From NCBI GenBank assembly GCA_949283025.1, contig CASDRB010000012.1, forward strand, positions 197,384 to 261,383: a stretch of DNA of 64,000 bases. The letters are read 5' to 3'. The stretch comes from an uncultured bacterium (GTDB lineage Bacteria; Bacillota_I; Bacilli_A; RFN20; CAG-826). The notes under the pieces were generated by a model that was not told the origin of the DNA, searched no databases, and saw only the letters and a list, made by a program, of their open reading frames with translations. Position 1 is the stretch's first letter. Each line of letters begins with the position of its first letter. Shown here in pieces: positions 10,343 through 20,948 of this stretch. The position numbers and the translations under genes are program-made.

Positions 10343-11536
10343 ATGAAAAATTTTATTTTTGTTTCTCCGAATTTTCCAGATGTTTATTATAAGTTTGTCA
10401 CCGCTTTAAAAAAACAAGGATTTAACGTGTTAGGAATTGGAGATGGCCCATATCATGAGATTCCAAATCAATTGAAACAAGACATTACTGAATATTATTA
10501 TGTTCATTCTTTAATGGATTATAATGCCGTAGAAGAAGCGGTTAGATTTTTTATAAATAAATATGGAGAAATTGATTATTTAGAATCCAATAATGAATTT
10601 TGGTTAATGCAAGATGCTATTTTAAGAGAAAAATTTAATATTAAAAATGGATTAAGACCAAAAGATATGGATGTAATCAAATATAAATCCAAAATGAAGG
10701 AAAAATTTAAAGATGCGGGCGTAAAAGTAGCTAGACATATTATTGTTAGTGACTTAAACGCTTCTTTAAACTTTATCAAAGAAGTAGGTTATCCTGTTTT
10801 TGTCAAACCAGATTGTGGAGTTGGTGCAGAAGACTCATACTCAATCAACAATCAAAACGAATTAGAAGCATTTCATCAGCGAAATTTATCACAACCATAC
10901 ATTATGGAAGAATTTTTAGAAGGAGAAATTATAACTTTTGATGGAATTTGTGATAATCAAAGTAATGTCTTGGTTTCGTTTCATGAACACTTCCCTATTT
11001 CTAATGCTGATGTAGTTAATTTAAATATTGATGATTATTATTATGCCCAATGCCAATTTGACGAGCAATTCAAAGCAATGGGACAACGAGTCGTCAAATC
11101 ATTTAATTTACAAAAAAGATGTTTTCATATTGAGTTTTTTAAATTGTCTAAACCTCGCCCAGGATTAGCTGAATTAGGGGAAATTGTCGCAATTGAAGTT
11201 AATATGCGTCCTCCAGGCGGTAATACTCCTGAATTATTATCGATTGCTTTAAATGCTTCGTTTTATGATTGCTATGCGCAAATTATTGACCATGATTGCA
11301 TCGACGAAGATTTAAGTAAAAATAAATTTATCGCTATATCCGTCGCACGCAAAGATCATTTCAATTATGTACATAATCATGACCAAATTATGTCATTATA
11401 TCAAAATAGTATTGCTGATTATGGTCGATATAGCAAAGAAATTGCCCTTAATATGGGTGATTCATATTATTTTGGACGATTCGATAGTGTTGAACAAGCA
11501 TTAGAATTTCAAAAATTTATTCAGCAAAAATATTAA
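10343..11536 (+). CDS. ATP-grasp domain protein (carboxylate-amine ligase-like). Substrate unknown.
   Basis: 397 aa. 'GYPVFVKPDCGVGAEDSYSI' resembles the ATP-grasp central-domain motif, and the Glu/Asn-rich C-terminal 'IEVNMRPPGG' resembles the ATP-grasp Mg-binding loop. Confidence 0.5.
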   Translation: MKNFIFVSPNFPDVYYKFVTALKKQGFNVLGIGDGPYHEIPNQLKQDITEYYYVHSLMDYNAVEEAVRFFINKYGEIDYLESNNEFWLMQDAILREKFNIKNGLRPKDMDVIKYKSKMKEKFKDAGVKVARHIIVSDLNASLNFIKEVGYPVFVKPDCGVGAEDSYSINNQNELEAFHQRNLSQPYIMEEFLEGEIITFDGICDNQSNVLVSFHEHFPISNADVVNLNIDDYYYAQCQFDEQFKAMGQRVVKSFNLQKRCFHIEFFKLSKPRPGLAELGEIVAIEVNMRPPGGNTPELLSIALNASFYDCYAQIIDHDCIDEDLSKNKFIAISVARKDHFNYVHNHDQIMSLYQNSIADYGRYSKEIALNMGDSYYFGRFDSVEQALEFQKFIQQKY

Positions 11537-11668
11537 GCACCATCTATGTGAGTATCACATATTTTTAATTGTGATTTTTTTGTGCCTTTTTTCTTTTCAT
11601 AAAGCATCATTTCATCATCTTTGCTCAGATAACGTTTCTTTTTTAAATATGCATATTTATTTTTCATA

Positions 11669-12574
11669 TTAAGGCATTGTGTTTCCTGTTGAACAATATA
11701 AACGATACCAATCAGGTTTGCTTAATTTAATTTTTAAAGCCTCGATGGAATCGCTGACATATTTTGGGTTGATTGCACCTGTCACAACATAAACATTATC
11801 GTGTAAGTTTAATAAAAACGCTGTAGCTATACTAGCTTTTGTTGTTTGATATTTTTGTGCTAATTCCTCCATTACTTCATTGCATGCCTTCATCTTTTCG
11901 TGTCTAAAAATAGATCCTTGCATGAATCCGTATTGATAAGGAGACCAGCATTGTAAGGAAATATTATGGTTTTTCAAAAAGAAAAATAAATCGCTAGCGC
12001 GCATAGTTCCCTCATCGTTATTAATATTGCAGTTAATATTTTCACGTATCAAATCTAAATGGCCAAGTCCCAATTGCAATTGATTGGTTGTTAATTTAAT
12101 TCCTGCATCTAATAAATATTGCACTGCTTCTTTAGAAAAATTAGAAACCCCAAATGATTTGACATAGCCGTTTTTATATAAATAGTCAAACGCTTCTTTA
12201 ATCTCTTCAGCATCTAAAAAGATATCTGGTCGATGCAACAAATACGAATCGAAATAATCCAATTGGCAACGTTTTAAAGAAGCAAGACAAGCTTCAATAA
12301 TATGTTGTTTAGACAAATCATAATGCTTAAATTCATCCTTGCGAATACCGCCTTTTGTTTGAATGAACATTTTTGGCCTTAATTCTGGATGAGCCCTTAA
12401 GACTTCTCCAAATTTTCTTTCGCTATCGCCATTGACATAAATATCAGCTAAATCAAAAAAATTGATTCCATGATCTAAATCAAATTTGATTAATTCATAT
12501 AATTGATTAGTATCTAAATCACGCAAACGCATAAGTCCTTGAATAATTCTTGAAGGTCTTAATTCATTTTCCAT
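11669..12574 (-). CDS. Aldo/keto reductase family oxidoreductase
   Basis: 301 aa. AKR-like 'LHRPD' and 'GVSNFS' blocks. Confidence 0.65.
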   Translation of the reverse strand: MENELRPSRIIQGLMRLRDLDTNQLYELIKFDLDHGINFFDLADIYVNGDSERKFGEVLRAHPELRPKMFIQTKGGIRKDEFKHYDLSKQHIIEACLASLKRCQLDYFDSYLLHRPDIFLDAEEIKEAFDYLYKNGYVKSFGVSNFSKEAVQYLLDAGIKLTTNQLQLGLGHLDLIRENINCNINNDEGTMRASDLFFFLKNHNISLQCWSPYQYGFMQGSIFRHEKMKACNEVMEELAQKYQTTKASIATAFLLNLHDNVYVVTGAINPKYVSDSIEALKIKLSKPDWYRLYCSTGNTMP

Positions 12575-12793
12575 ATTTTTCTCCTTTTTATTATCATATC
12601 AAAATTTTTATAAAATGGGATTGTTTATCATCAAAAATCAATTTTATGTGGCAAAAATGTCAAAATTATAAAATTAGTTAGAATAATTCTAATAAATACT
12701 TTTACAAAAGCTTTTGTTTTTTGTAAAATGTAATAAGTGATTTTGATTGCTCCTTAGGGATCTAATTGCTAGAAAGTGAAGGGGTTTATTAAG

Positions 12794-12994
12794 ATGAATG
12801 GAACAGTAAAGTTTTTCGACGATAAAAAAGGATTTGGCTTTATTATTGATGATGATTCTAAACGCGAAATCTTTGTTCATTTCACTGGTATTATCGGAGA
12901 AGGACATCGCACTTTGGTCGATGGACAAAAAGTCACTTTTGACGAAGAAGTCGATCCAAAAAACGGCAAGCCAAGAGCAGTTAATGTCAAATAA
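12794..12994 (+). CDS. cspA: Cold-shock protein (CspA family)
   Basis: 'MNGTVKFFDDKKGFGFI...IFVHFTGI' carries the RNP1/RNP2 motifs of CspA. RBS GAAGGGG lies 9 nt upstream of ATG 12794 (the track ORF starts at an upstream in-frame GTG). The long AT-rich leader 12575-12793 is typical of csp genes. Confidence 0.85.
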   Translation: MNGTVKFFDDKKGFGFIIDDDSKREIFVHFTGIIGEGHRTLVDGQKVTFDEEVDPKNGKPRAVNVK

Positions 12995-13067
12995 ATAAAT
13001 TTAAGGCACTTAATGGTGTCTTTTTTTATTGAAAATTTTTTCGATAATATTTAATATTATCACTGGT

Positions 13068-14432
13068 ATGAAGCAAAATAGGTTGGTAAAAGGTTCTATA
13101 ATAAAAGGTTTATTAGCGTTCTCTTTGCCAATCTTTTTTGTTTATCTATTAAATTATCTTTACCCCGCTGTTGATTTTTTCATTTTGTCATTAGCAGGCG
13201 CAGAAAAAGATATTTCTAATGTTTTATCGGCATATTTGCCGATAAATATAGCAATATCTTTGTTGACAGGCACTGGTGTAGCAGCGACATTTTTAATTGG
13301 ACAATATCATGGCGCAGGAGATGAACAAGGCAAATTAAAAGCTATTAAATCGGTAATTGTTTTTATTAATATCGTCGCTGTTGGTCTAAGTTTTATTATC
13401 GCTTTGTTTTCACCTTTGATAATTCAAGCATTAAATATACATGACCCAATTGCCAAAGATGCATCATTACGCTATTTATTAATATCGACTATCATCATTC
13501 CTTTTAATGGCTTAATTTATACGACACATGCAATATATAAAGGACAAGGGAAATCACTTTTACCTTTTGTATACAATTCATTAGGCGTGTCTTCAAATAT
13601 ATTATTTGATTTCATTTTTATTTATTTTTTAAATATGAAAAGTGATGGTGCCGCAATCGCGTCTGTTTTAGCATATCTATTTGCGGCTATAAGCATTTAT
13701 TCGTATATTTTCATCATTAAAAAAACTGGCAACCCTTTAAAAAATGTCCAAATTGATAAAATGATGATTCAATATTTAGCCAAAAAATCTTTTCCGTTAG
13801 CTATTCAAGAAGCTTTAGTAATAATTTGTTTTTCTGTGTTTGTCTCAGTTATCAATTTAAGAGGAGATATAACATCCACTGCTTTAGGTATTTCTGATCG
13901 AATTACTAATATCGCTTATGTGCCAGTGTTGGCATTTGGAAATACCATCTCCGCAGCAGTTTCTCAAAACCTAGGTGCTGGAGATATAAAAAGAACTAAT
14001 AAAATCGTATGGACTGGTGTTTTAATATTGCTCATATTTACTGCAATATTTAGCTTGCCCATTTTTTTGTTTATTAATCAATTAGCGAATTTATACACAG
14101 AAAACAAAGTCACTATTGATATGATTTTTTCCCGCTCCTGGGTTATATTTTTTGATTTAATTTTATGCGTCTTATTGACGCCTTTAAATGCATTAGCTTC
14201 AGGTTCAGGAAATGGTCGATGGTCTTTATATGTTTATTTATTTTCTGATATGTTAATTAGAGTGCCGTTAATATTGATATTAGGTTTGATGGATTATCCA
14301 TTATGGATAGTCAGCATTTCTTATCCAGCATCAACCATTTTAGGTCTTGGAATAATATTATTTTTCTATTTTAAAAAATATTGGCAAAATATCGAAAAAT
14401 TGTCAGTGAATATTCATCGATACGATAATTAA
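13068..14432 (+). CDS. MATE-family (MOP superfamily) multidrug/oligosaccharide efflux transporter-like membrane protein
   Basis: About 12 TM. N-terminal 'LLAFSLPIFFVYLLNYLYPAVDFFILS' resembles the first MATE repeat. The track start 13029 is a TTG, so the ATG at 13068 (MKQNRLVKG...) is preferred. Confidence 0.45.
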   Translation: MKQNRLVKGSIIKGLLAFSLPIFFVYLLNYLYPAVDFFILSLAGAEKDISNVLSAYLPINIAISLLTGTGVAATFLIGQYHGAGDEQGKLKAIKSVIVFINIVAVGLSFIIALFSPLIIQALNIHDPIAKDASLRYLLISTIIIPFNGLIYTTHAIYKGQGKSLLPFVYNSLGVSSNILFDFIFIYFLNMKSDGAAIASVLAYLFAAISIYSYIFIIKKTGNPLKNVQIDKMMIQYLAKKSFPLAIQEALVIICFSVFVSVINLRGDITSTALGISDRITNIAYVPVLAFGNTISAAVSQNLGAGDIKRTNKIVWTGVLILLIFTAIFSLPIFLFINQLANLYTENKVTIDMIFSRSWVIFFDLILCVLLTPLNALASGSGNGRWSLYVYLFSDMLIRVPLILILGLMDYPLWIVSISYPASTILGLGIILFFYFKKYWQNIEKLSVNIHRYDN

Positions 14433-15908
14433 TTATAAATTTAATAAATTTATAAATTGGTAAAGATGACTATGTTTTTCATCATCGTATTTAAAAACAT
14501 CAATATCTTTTAATATTTCGTTGCAAGCCCAAATAAGATATTCATCAATAGAATGATATTTATTTTGCAAAAATTCATCAATCATTTGTTTAAATGGAAT
14601 TAAATCAGTATTAGCTGTTAAAATTTCTTCGTATTTTTTAGGATTGCAAGCGATAAATTCCACCAATTCTAATTGACGTTTTAAACGAGGCGGCAAAACA
14701 AATAATCCACCAGCCTCAATAAGACCAATTCCTTCTTTTTTAATATGCATTAAAGATGGTCTAACATGGAATATGCCATCACTAAATTCTAAAGTACAAT
14801 TATTATTTCTCAAAATAATAAACATTCGATATTCATCTTTTATTTTGTCAACGATTACCGTCATGGTGTTATGATCTTTACTAACAATTTTTAATATCTC
14901 ATCATCATGGTTTTTCCATGTTGTTAAAAATTTATTTGCTAATTCGATCAAACTATTTTTATTTGTGCCTTTTAAGCAAAATGCAGTCGTTGGCCAATCT
15001 AAAATAGATACTTCTATATCTTTATGAAAGTTGTTGTTTAAAACTATTTTTGTTTTGGCGTCTAATATTGGTAGACAATGCGAGCCACCTTGAAAGTGTT
15101 CATGTTGCAAAATTGAACCACCAACAATAGGCAAATCAGCATTAGCTCCAATAAAATAATGAGGAAATAAATCAATATAATCTAATAAAGCCAACAAATT
15201 ATTTTTTTCCACACTCATTGGAATATGCTTATCGCTGACAACAATTAAATGCTGGTCAAAATAACCATATGGTGAATATTGCATAAACCAATGCTGATTA
15301 TTCAACGCTAAATTAATTATTCTAAGCGAATTTTTATACTCTGTATAAGTTCCGACATTTTCTTTGCATATCACACATAATGGATAAGATTCTTGTTTAA
15401 TTTTTGATTGCGTCATTTTAACTATGTCTTTGTTAGATTTTTCTGGTTTAGATAAATTGATGGTTACAATTAACTCGTGATTATCGATTTTAGATTTAAT
15501 TACGATGTTTTTGTCAATTTTTGTTTTTTGAACATAATTTGAATGAACACTTAGATTATAAAAATAATCTGTCGCTTTTTTGGAATCAATTTTCAACAAT
15601 TCATTGAATCGTTTGTTAACCTCGCTAGGACGCGGAGTTAAATGACCTAATAATTCAAATGCATGATGCAAAGCATCATCCATATCATATTTTAAATCGT
15701 TAATCAAATACGAAACTAGTTGATCAAATAGATGGTCCACTACTTCCATGTTGGAAATTTGTTTTTTATCTATTTGGCCAAAGTATGGTTTTTTAATTTT
15801 TAAATCGTGCATCAAATAATTTCGATAAAAATCAAAATCATTTTCATCTAAATATAGATGAGTGTGGCAGTAATATAATAATTCTTCAATAGTTTTGGAA
15901 ATTTCCAT
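14433..15908 (-). CDS. galT: UDP-glucose--hexose-1-phosphate uridylyltransferase (Gram-positive type, about 490 aa GalT)
   Basis: 491 aa, the size of Firmicute GalT, and N-terminus like lactobacillus-type GalT. Sits in a galM-agaA-transporter context. Confidence 0.6.
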   Translation of the reverse strand: MEISKTIEELLYYCHTHLYLDENDFDFYRNYLMHDLKIKKPYFGQIDKKQISNMEVVDHLFDQLVSYLINDLKYDMDDALHHAFELLGHLTPRPSEVNKRFNELLKIDSKKATDYFYNLSVHSNYVQKTKIDKNIVIKSKIDNHELIVTINLSKPEKSNKDIVKMTQSKIKQESYPLCVICKENVGTYTEYKNSLRIINLALNNQHWFMQYSPYGYFDQHLIVVSDKHIPMSVEKNNLLALLDYIDLFPHYFIGANADLPIVGGSILQHEHFQGGSHCLPILDAKTKIVLNNNFHKDIEVSILDWPTTAFCLKGTNKNSLIELANKFLTTWKNHDDEILKIVSKDHNTMTVIVDKIKDEYRMFIILRNNNCTLEFSDGIFHVRPSLMHIKKEGIGLIEAGGLFVLPPRLKRQLELVEFIACNPKKYEEILTANTDLIPFKQMIDEFLQNKYHSIDEYLIWACNEILKDIDVFKYDDEKHSHLYQFINLLNL

Positions 15909-15910
15909 AA

Positions 15911-16894
15911 TTAACCTCGATTAGAATTTAATCCAAAGCATAAATCGATATAACGAGAATATGGCACATTGGCTTTTAAAGATCTATCGCTAACATGAGA
16001 GTCTTCTAATTCGATAGCAACGCTTCTTCTATTTAAATAAGGAGACGATAAGGATGGAACATTTATTTTGTTATCAGAATAAATTTGTGCTCCACTATAA
16101 TTTGAGCATATATCTACAAAATATTTTTTTCCTTTTAAATGAATAACATTTTCTCCATCGCTAGAAAAACAAAAATGCTGGTCATATCCGCCAAGATAAG
16201 CTAATTTTTGATCATCGATGTACCGATCAAAAGAAAGTCCATTTCTAAAATCTCTAATTTCATCAACTTCTTTTTCGCATAATGGAACAAAAGTTTTTGA
16301 ATCTACTTCGACAAAACGATTTGAGTCCATTTGCAAAGATAAATTTTTATTGGTGTTTTCCCCTAAACAAAAATAGCAATGATTAGTTAAATTCATTATT
16401 GTATTTCGATCGCTTACAGCGTGCAATTCAATATGTATATTGTTTGTCAATTCATTGATTACATATATTATTTTAAAATCGACCTCGCCAGGAAAACCAG
16501 ATTCCAAATGCATTGAATGATAGGTAAATGTCAAAACAAAATTATGACCTTCCATATGATATTCATAATTAAAGCGACACGTGCTTAAACCAAACATACC
16601 TCCATGCAAACAAACATTGGTCTGTCCAACATTTGTAGCTAAAAAATAAGGTACATTATCGACCCATAAAACACTATCTTTTATTCTTCCAGCGACCCTG
16701 CCTATTGTTTTTCCATAATAGACCTCAGGCTTAAGAAAATCATCAACATTTTTGGTTGACATAATCATATAATCACCTAAATATTTAATTTGATATATAG
16801 AAGCACCAAGATTACAAAAAGTAACATCAAGCGATGTATTATTTAACACTTTAATAAAATCTACGCCCTTTTCTTGATATGTGTTAATTAACAT
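15911..16894 (-). CDS. galM: Aldose 1-epimerase (galactose mutarotase)
   Basis: 327 aa. Conserved mutarotase His/Glu blocks 'NVCLHGG' and 'FCLGENT' style. Located between galT and agaA. Confidence 0.6.
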   Translation of the reverse strand: MLINTYQEKGVDFIKVLNNTSLDVTFCNLGASIYQIKYLGDYMIMSTKNVDDFLKPEVYYGKTIGRVAGRIKDSVLWVDNVPYFLATNVGQTNVCLHGGMFGLSTCRFNYEYHMEGHNFVLTFTYHSMHLESGFPGEVDFKIIYVINELTNNIHIELHAVSDRNTIMNLTNHCYFCLGENTNKNLSLQMDSNRFVEVDSKTFVPLCEKEVDEIRDFRNGLSFDRYIDDQKLAYLGGYDQHFCFSSDGENVIHLKGKKYFVDICSNYSGAQIYSDNKINVPSLSSPYLNRRSVAIELEDSHVSDRSLKANVPYSRYIDLCFGLNSNRG

Positions 16895-19231
16895 TTATTT
16901 ATCCTCCAATTTTTTAATGTAATAAATTCTTGATCCAAAATCTCCTAAGGCTCTTACATCGTCATTAAAACCAGTCCCCATCCATTGTTGTTTTAATTTT
17001 AATGCTCCATTATTTAAATCAGATCCATAGATGACATATGATTCTTTTTCACCATTCATGGTTTTTCTTTTGCCTATTTGTTGCACCAACCAACCACGTT
17101 CATTGACGCGAATTGGAAGGACCATATTTATCAATCCACCGAAAGTTGCAAGCGGATGAACTTGCCTTCGAACTTTTATTTCGTATTGCCATTCATCAAT
17201 CAATCCATCTAACTTAATTTGATCGATTGGGGGGTTGATTTTTTGCAATCCGTTATAATACCCTAATATAGCTTCTTTTTTATCTTTTGAAACAACCATC
17301 CATAAACAGTAATTATCATTTTTAATATCTTTAAATCGATAAAAATCACCATCGCATATCAAAGCGCGATGAGATTTGTAGAACTTGACTTGTTCAATGA
17401 CCATTTTTTCTTCATATGGTAATAATGTAGACAAGTCTAACTCGTATCCAAATGCCCCAAAGCAAGCGACATTAAATCTTGTTTCAAAAGGAGTGTTTCT
17501 CAATACTGAATGGCTCGGACAGGCACTTAAATGATTAGAAATAGTTTTTAATGGATATGCTAACGACAATCCATTTTGTATATTTAATCGTTCAAATGCA
17601 TCAGTATCATCGCTAGACCAAATCGAATCAAAATATGTTAAAACACCTAGGTCAAACCTATTTCCGCCTGAAGCACAACCTTCAAAATAAACATCTGGAT
17701 GACTATTAATAATGTTATCTAACACACGATATAAGCCAAGAATATAACGATGATAAAATTCTCCGATTTCAAAATTAGAAGTTGCAACATCACTGATATG
17801 GCGATTCATATCCCATTTAACATATTCAATATTAGCGTGGTTTAATATGTTATTAACATTTTCAATGATGTAGTCTTGGACTTCTTTTTTTGTCAAATCT
17901 AAAACCAGTTGATGCCTACCCAAACTTGGTTGATAGTCATCAGACTTAATAGCCCAGTCTGGGTGCAAACGATAAAGTTTTGAATCTTGATTAACCATTT
18001 CTGGTTCAAACCATAGTCCAAACTTCATTCCTTTTTTATTGACATATTTAGCAAGACCATCTAAACCAATTGGCAATTTCTTTTTGTTGACATCATAATC
18101 TCCAAGACCACGAAAATCATCTATACGATTAGAAAACCATCCATCATCTAAAACAAACATTTCAATGCCTAGTTTTTTTGCTGAATTAATAATTGCCTTT
18201 ATTTTAGATTGGGTAAACTTCATATAGGTCGCTTCCCAATTATTTATTAAAATTGATGGATATTGATTTTTGTGATTAATTTTTAAAACTCTTTGACGAA
18301 TAAAATCATGCATATTTTGACTCATCCCATTAATACCTTTATCCGAATAAGTCATTATGGCATAGGGCGTTTCAAAAGTTTCATTAGGTCGTAAATGATA
18401 TTCAAAACAAAATGGATTAATTCCTAACTGAATTCTTACTTTATCAAATGAAGAATGTTCAACTAGTTCTTGATGATTTCCAGAATAAATTAAATTGAAT
18501 CCATAAACGCTTCCATGCGAATTTGTGGCGGTGTTTTCTTTTAATAAAAAGAATGGATTGTGGCGATTAGAAGAATTTCCAGTTTTAGAATCATTAATAT
18601 AAATGCTATGATCCAATTTAATTTGATTTACTTGGCCTTCAAATCCCCAACCTCCATATAATGATTGCAAAACAAAATTTTGATTGTTCAGCTCTAATTG
18701 CATTGAAGCAGCTTTGAAAATTTTTATTAATTTCCCGCTGAGATTGCTTATTAAAATATTTCTAACGATAACATCATTTTCAAAGTCAACAATATATTTC
18801 AAATCGACTTTAATATTTTTTACATTGTCAACTAACGTGATTATTAATTCTTCCATTTCTCCATGGATATCAGCAAGTTGAGTCAATGGAGTTATTTGTT
18901 TATTAATAATATGCGATACATATTTCAAATCTAAAATATAATTGTTATCGACTTTAATTAAAATAGACGGCTCTTTATAATCACCTTTACCAACGCTAGA
19001 AATTTCTAAACCTTTTAAATCAAGACAATAACTGTAATCCTTTTGGTCATCATAAACCGTACATGTTCCCGCACTATAGGCATATTTATCTAAAAGAAAA
19101 TCATAATTATCATGGTCAAAAATATATTTGCCATAATACTGGCTCAAAAGATGTCCAAACGAGGAAACATTAAAAATATACGATGTATTTTTTGTGTCTA
19201 ATTTAAAAACATTATTTTGAAATTTAATCAT
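16895..19231 (-). CDS. agaA: Alpha-galactosidase, GH36 (melibiase/raffinose hydrolase)
   Basis: 778 aa. The GH36 hallmark 'MFVLDDGWF' and catalytic-region 'KWDMNR' are present. Confidence 0.8.
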   Translation of the reverse strand: MIKFQNNVFKLDTKNTSYIFNVSSFGHLLSQYYGKYIFDHDNYDFLLDKYAYSAGTCTVYDDQKDYSYCLDLKGLEISSVGKGDYKEPSILIKVDNNYILDLKYVSHIINKQITPLTQLADIHGEMEELIITLVDNVKNIKVDLKYIVDFENDVIVRNILISNLSGKLIKIFKAASMQLELNNQNFVLQSLYGGWGFEGQVNQIKLDHSIYINDSKTGNSSNRHNPFFLLKENTATNSHGSVYGFNLIYSGNHQELVEHSSFDKVRIQLGINPFCFEYHLRPNETFETPYAIMTYSDKGINGMSQNMHDFIRQRVLKINHKNQYPSILINNWEATYMKFTQSKIKAIINSAKKLGIEMFVLDDGWFSNRIDDFRGLGDYDVNKKKLPIGLDGLAKYVNKKGMKFGLWFEPEMVNQDSKLYRLHPDWAIKSDDYQPSLGRHQLVLDLTKKEVQDYIIENVNNILNHANIEYVKWDMNRHISDVATSNFEIGEFYHRYILGLYRVLDNIINSHPDVYFEGCASGGNRFDLGVLTYFDSIWSSDDTDAFERLNIQNGLSLAYPLKTISNHLSACPSHSVLRNTPFETRFNVACFGAFGYELDLSTLLPYEEKMVIEQVKFYKSHRALICDGDFYRFKDIKNDNYCLWMVVSKDKKEAILGYYNGLQKINPPIDQIKLDGLIDEWQYEIKVRRQVHPLATFGGLINMVLPIRVNERGWLVQQIGKRKTMNGEKESYVIYGSDLNNGALKLKQQWMGTGFNDDVRALGDFGSRIYYIKKLEDK

Positions 19232-19239
19232 AAATATCC

Positions 19240-20841
19240 CTAATTTGATGTATTTTTAGAATTTTCGGCCACTTTTCTGGCTTTTATATCATCGAGCAAT
19301 TTTGAATAAGTTTTTTCATCAATTTTATAAAATTTTTTAACAAGAACATAAGTAATAACAAATAATATCATCGGTAAAATAGCAACGCCTAATTTATAAA
19401 TTATTACCCCGCTAAAATCTACTGTTGATGTAAAGGTGTTACAAATGACTTTTAATTCTTCTTCGCTAATTAAACCCATGGCTTGTTGTTGTTGGGCATT
19501 TGAAATTTCATTGACTATTCCAAATAATCCTGCAGCTATCAAAAATAAATACAAGACGCCTTGTTGAATAGCGCTAGATAGTTTTGCGGTCAATGGTCTT
19601 AATGAGAATATAACCGACTCTTTTCTTTCATTAAATTTCCATTCATTGTATTCAATAGTGTTAGCCATCATCATGACTAACATTAAATAAAACACGCCTT
19701 GGGCAGAAAAAATGACTACGCCAATTAATGCAAGTGGAATAACATATAAAATATTAATGCTCTCATTGACAATTGGAGCAGGGCCTAAATAAATTCCATT
19801 CCCAATTGGCAGACCATAAACAAAAAACACAATATATCCAACAACAGTCATAATAATACATATGTTAAATAATTTCGCTCTAGTAAACTTTTTAGAAAGA
19901 AGTGGGAATAAAAATTGAGCTAATATTGTTCCTAATCCATAAACGACCGTAAAAATAGTCATAATTGTACCACCATCACTAAAATTAACGGCAAAATAGA
20001 AGTAATTGATTCCTAGTGCATTTAATATTCCTGAGGCACAATAATAAATTAATAAAATGATTGTCATCCATCTCACTTGATCATTATTTTTCATTACCGC
20101 AAACATATCTTTAAATTTTGGTGCTGGATGTTTTCTTTCTTCTTCAATATCGCGAGTATGTTCTTTAACAAAGAAAAATAAAACAACTTGTAAAAGAGCA
20201 AAGACACAAACAACGATAATTGTTATCCATGTATAAGAAGATTGATAACCGAAACTAGAAGAAATAATAGGAGCCAAACCAGCGACAGCAAATTGACCCA
20301 CCGAACAAAAAATTGACATAATTGCCGTAATTGAAGTTCGTTGTTTTTCATCGCTTGTCAATGAAGGCAACATTGACCAATATGCAATATCATTCATTGT
20401 AAATGTAATTCCCCACAATAAATAAAAAACCGCAAACCAAGCCACGTAACCCCATCCTTGCAATGATGATGTCAATAATGGAAAAACAAACAAACATAAA
20501 ACAATTAATGAATTAGATAAACCACCTATTAAAATCCATGGTTTATATTTGCCAGATTTAAAATGACATTTTTCAATAATCACACCCATAAACGGATCAT
20601 TTAAAGCGTCAAAAATACGATATCCAATTACCAATCCCGAGATAACTCCAAACATAGCTGCAAATTGACCGCCATCAATATTTTGGCTCGCAGGTGTTAA
20701 AATTCCTGAATATTGAATAAAAGTTAGCAAAAATAATGACACAAGAGCATAAGCAGCATCCCTGCCAATTGCCACAATCGAATAAAGCCACTTCGTCTTT
20801 TTAGGCACATTATTGCCATCAAACGTTTGATAGAATTTCAT
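19240..20841 (-). CDS. Glycoside-pentoside-hexuronide (GPH):cation symporter family sugar transporter (melibiose/raffinose/lactose-type)
   Basis: 533 aa, about 12 TM. Its length and N-terminus fit GPH/LacS-type carriers. Co-oriented immediately upstream of agaA. Confidence 0.6.
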   Translation of the reverse strand: MKFYQTFDGNNVPKKTKWLYSIVAIGRDAAYALVSLFLLTFIQYSGILTPASQNIDGGQFAAMFGVISGLVIGYRIFDALNDPFMGVIIEKCHFKSGKYKPWILIGGLSNSLIVLCLFVFPLLTSSLQGWGYVAWFAVFYLLWGITFTMNDIAYWSMLPSLTSDEKQRTSITAIMSIFCSVGQFAVAGLAPIISSSFGYQSSYTWITIIVVCVFALLQVVLFFFVKEHTRDIEEERKHPAPKFKDMFAVMKNNDQVRWMTIILLIYYCASGILNALGINYFYFAVNFSDGGTIMTIFTVVYGLGTILAQFLFPLLSKKFTRAKLFNICIIMTVVGYIVFFVYGLPIGNGIYLGPAPIVNESINILYVIPLALIGVVIFSAQGVFYLMLVMMMANTIEYNEWKFNERKESVIFSLRPLTAKLSSAIQQGVLYLFLIAAGLFGIVNEISNAQQQQAMGLISEEELKVICNTFTSTVDFSGVIIYKLGVAILPMILFVITYVLVKKFYKIDEKTYSKLLDDIKARKVAENSKNTSN

Positions 20842-20948
20842 TTTTAATCTCCTAAATAATGTAATGAAATTTATTACTTTTTTATTTTAACACTTGTTAA
20901 TTAGAAAATATATTTATCTATTGTCTTTTTTTATTCTATACTGAAAAT

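Noticed and set aside
13029-13067. Track start of the MATE-like ORF at 13029
   Set aside because: The codon at 13029 is TTG and lies within the csp terminator region. The first ATG at 13068 was chosen instead, but the exact start remains uncertain.
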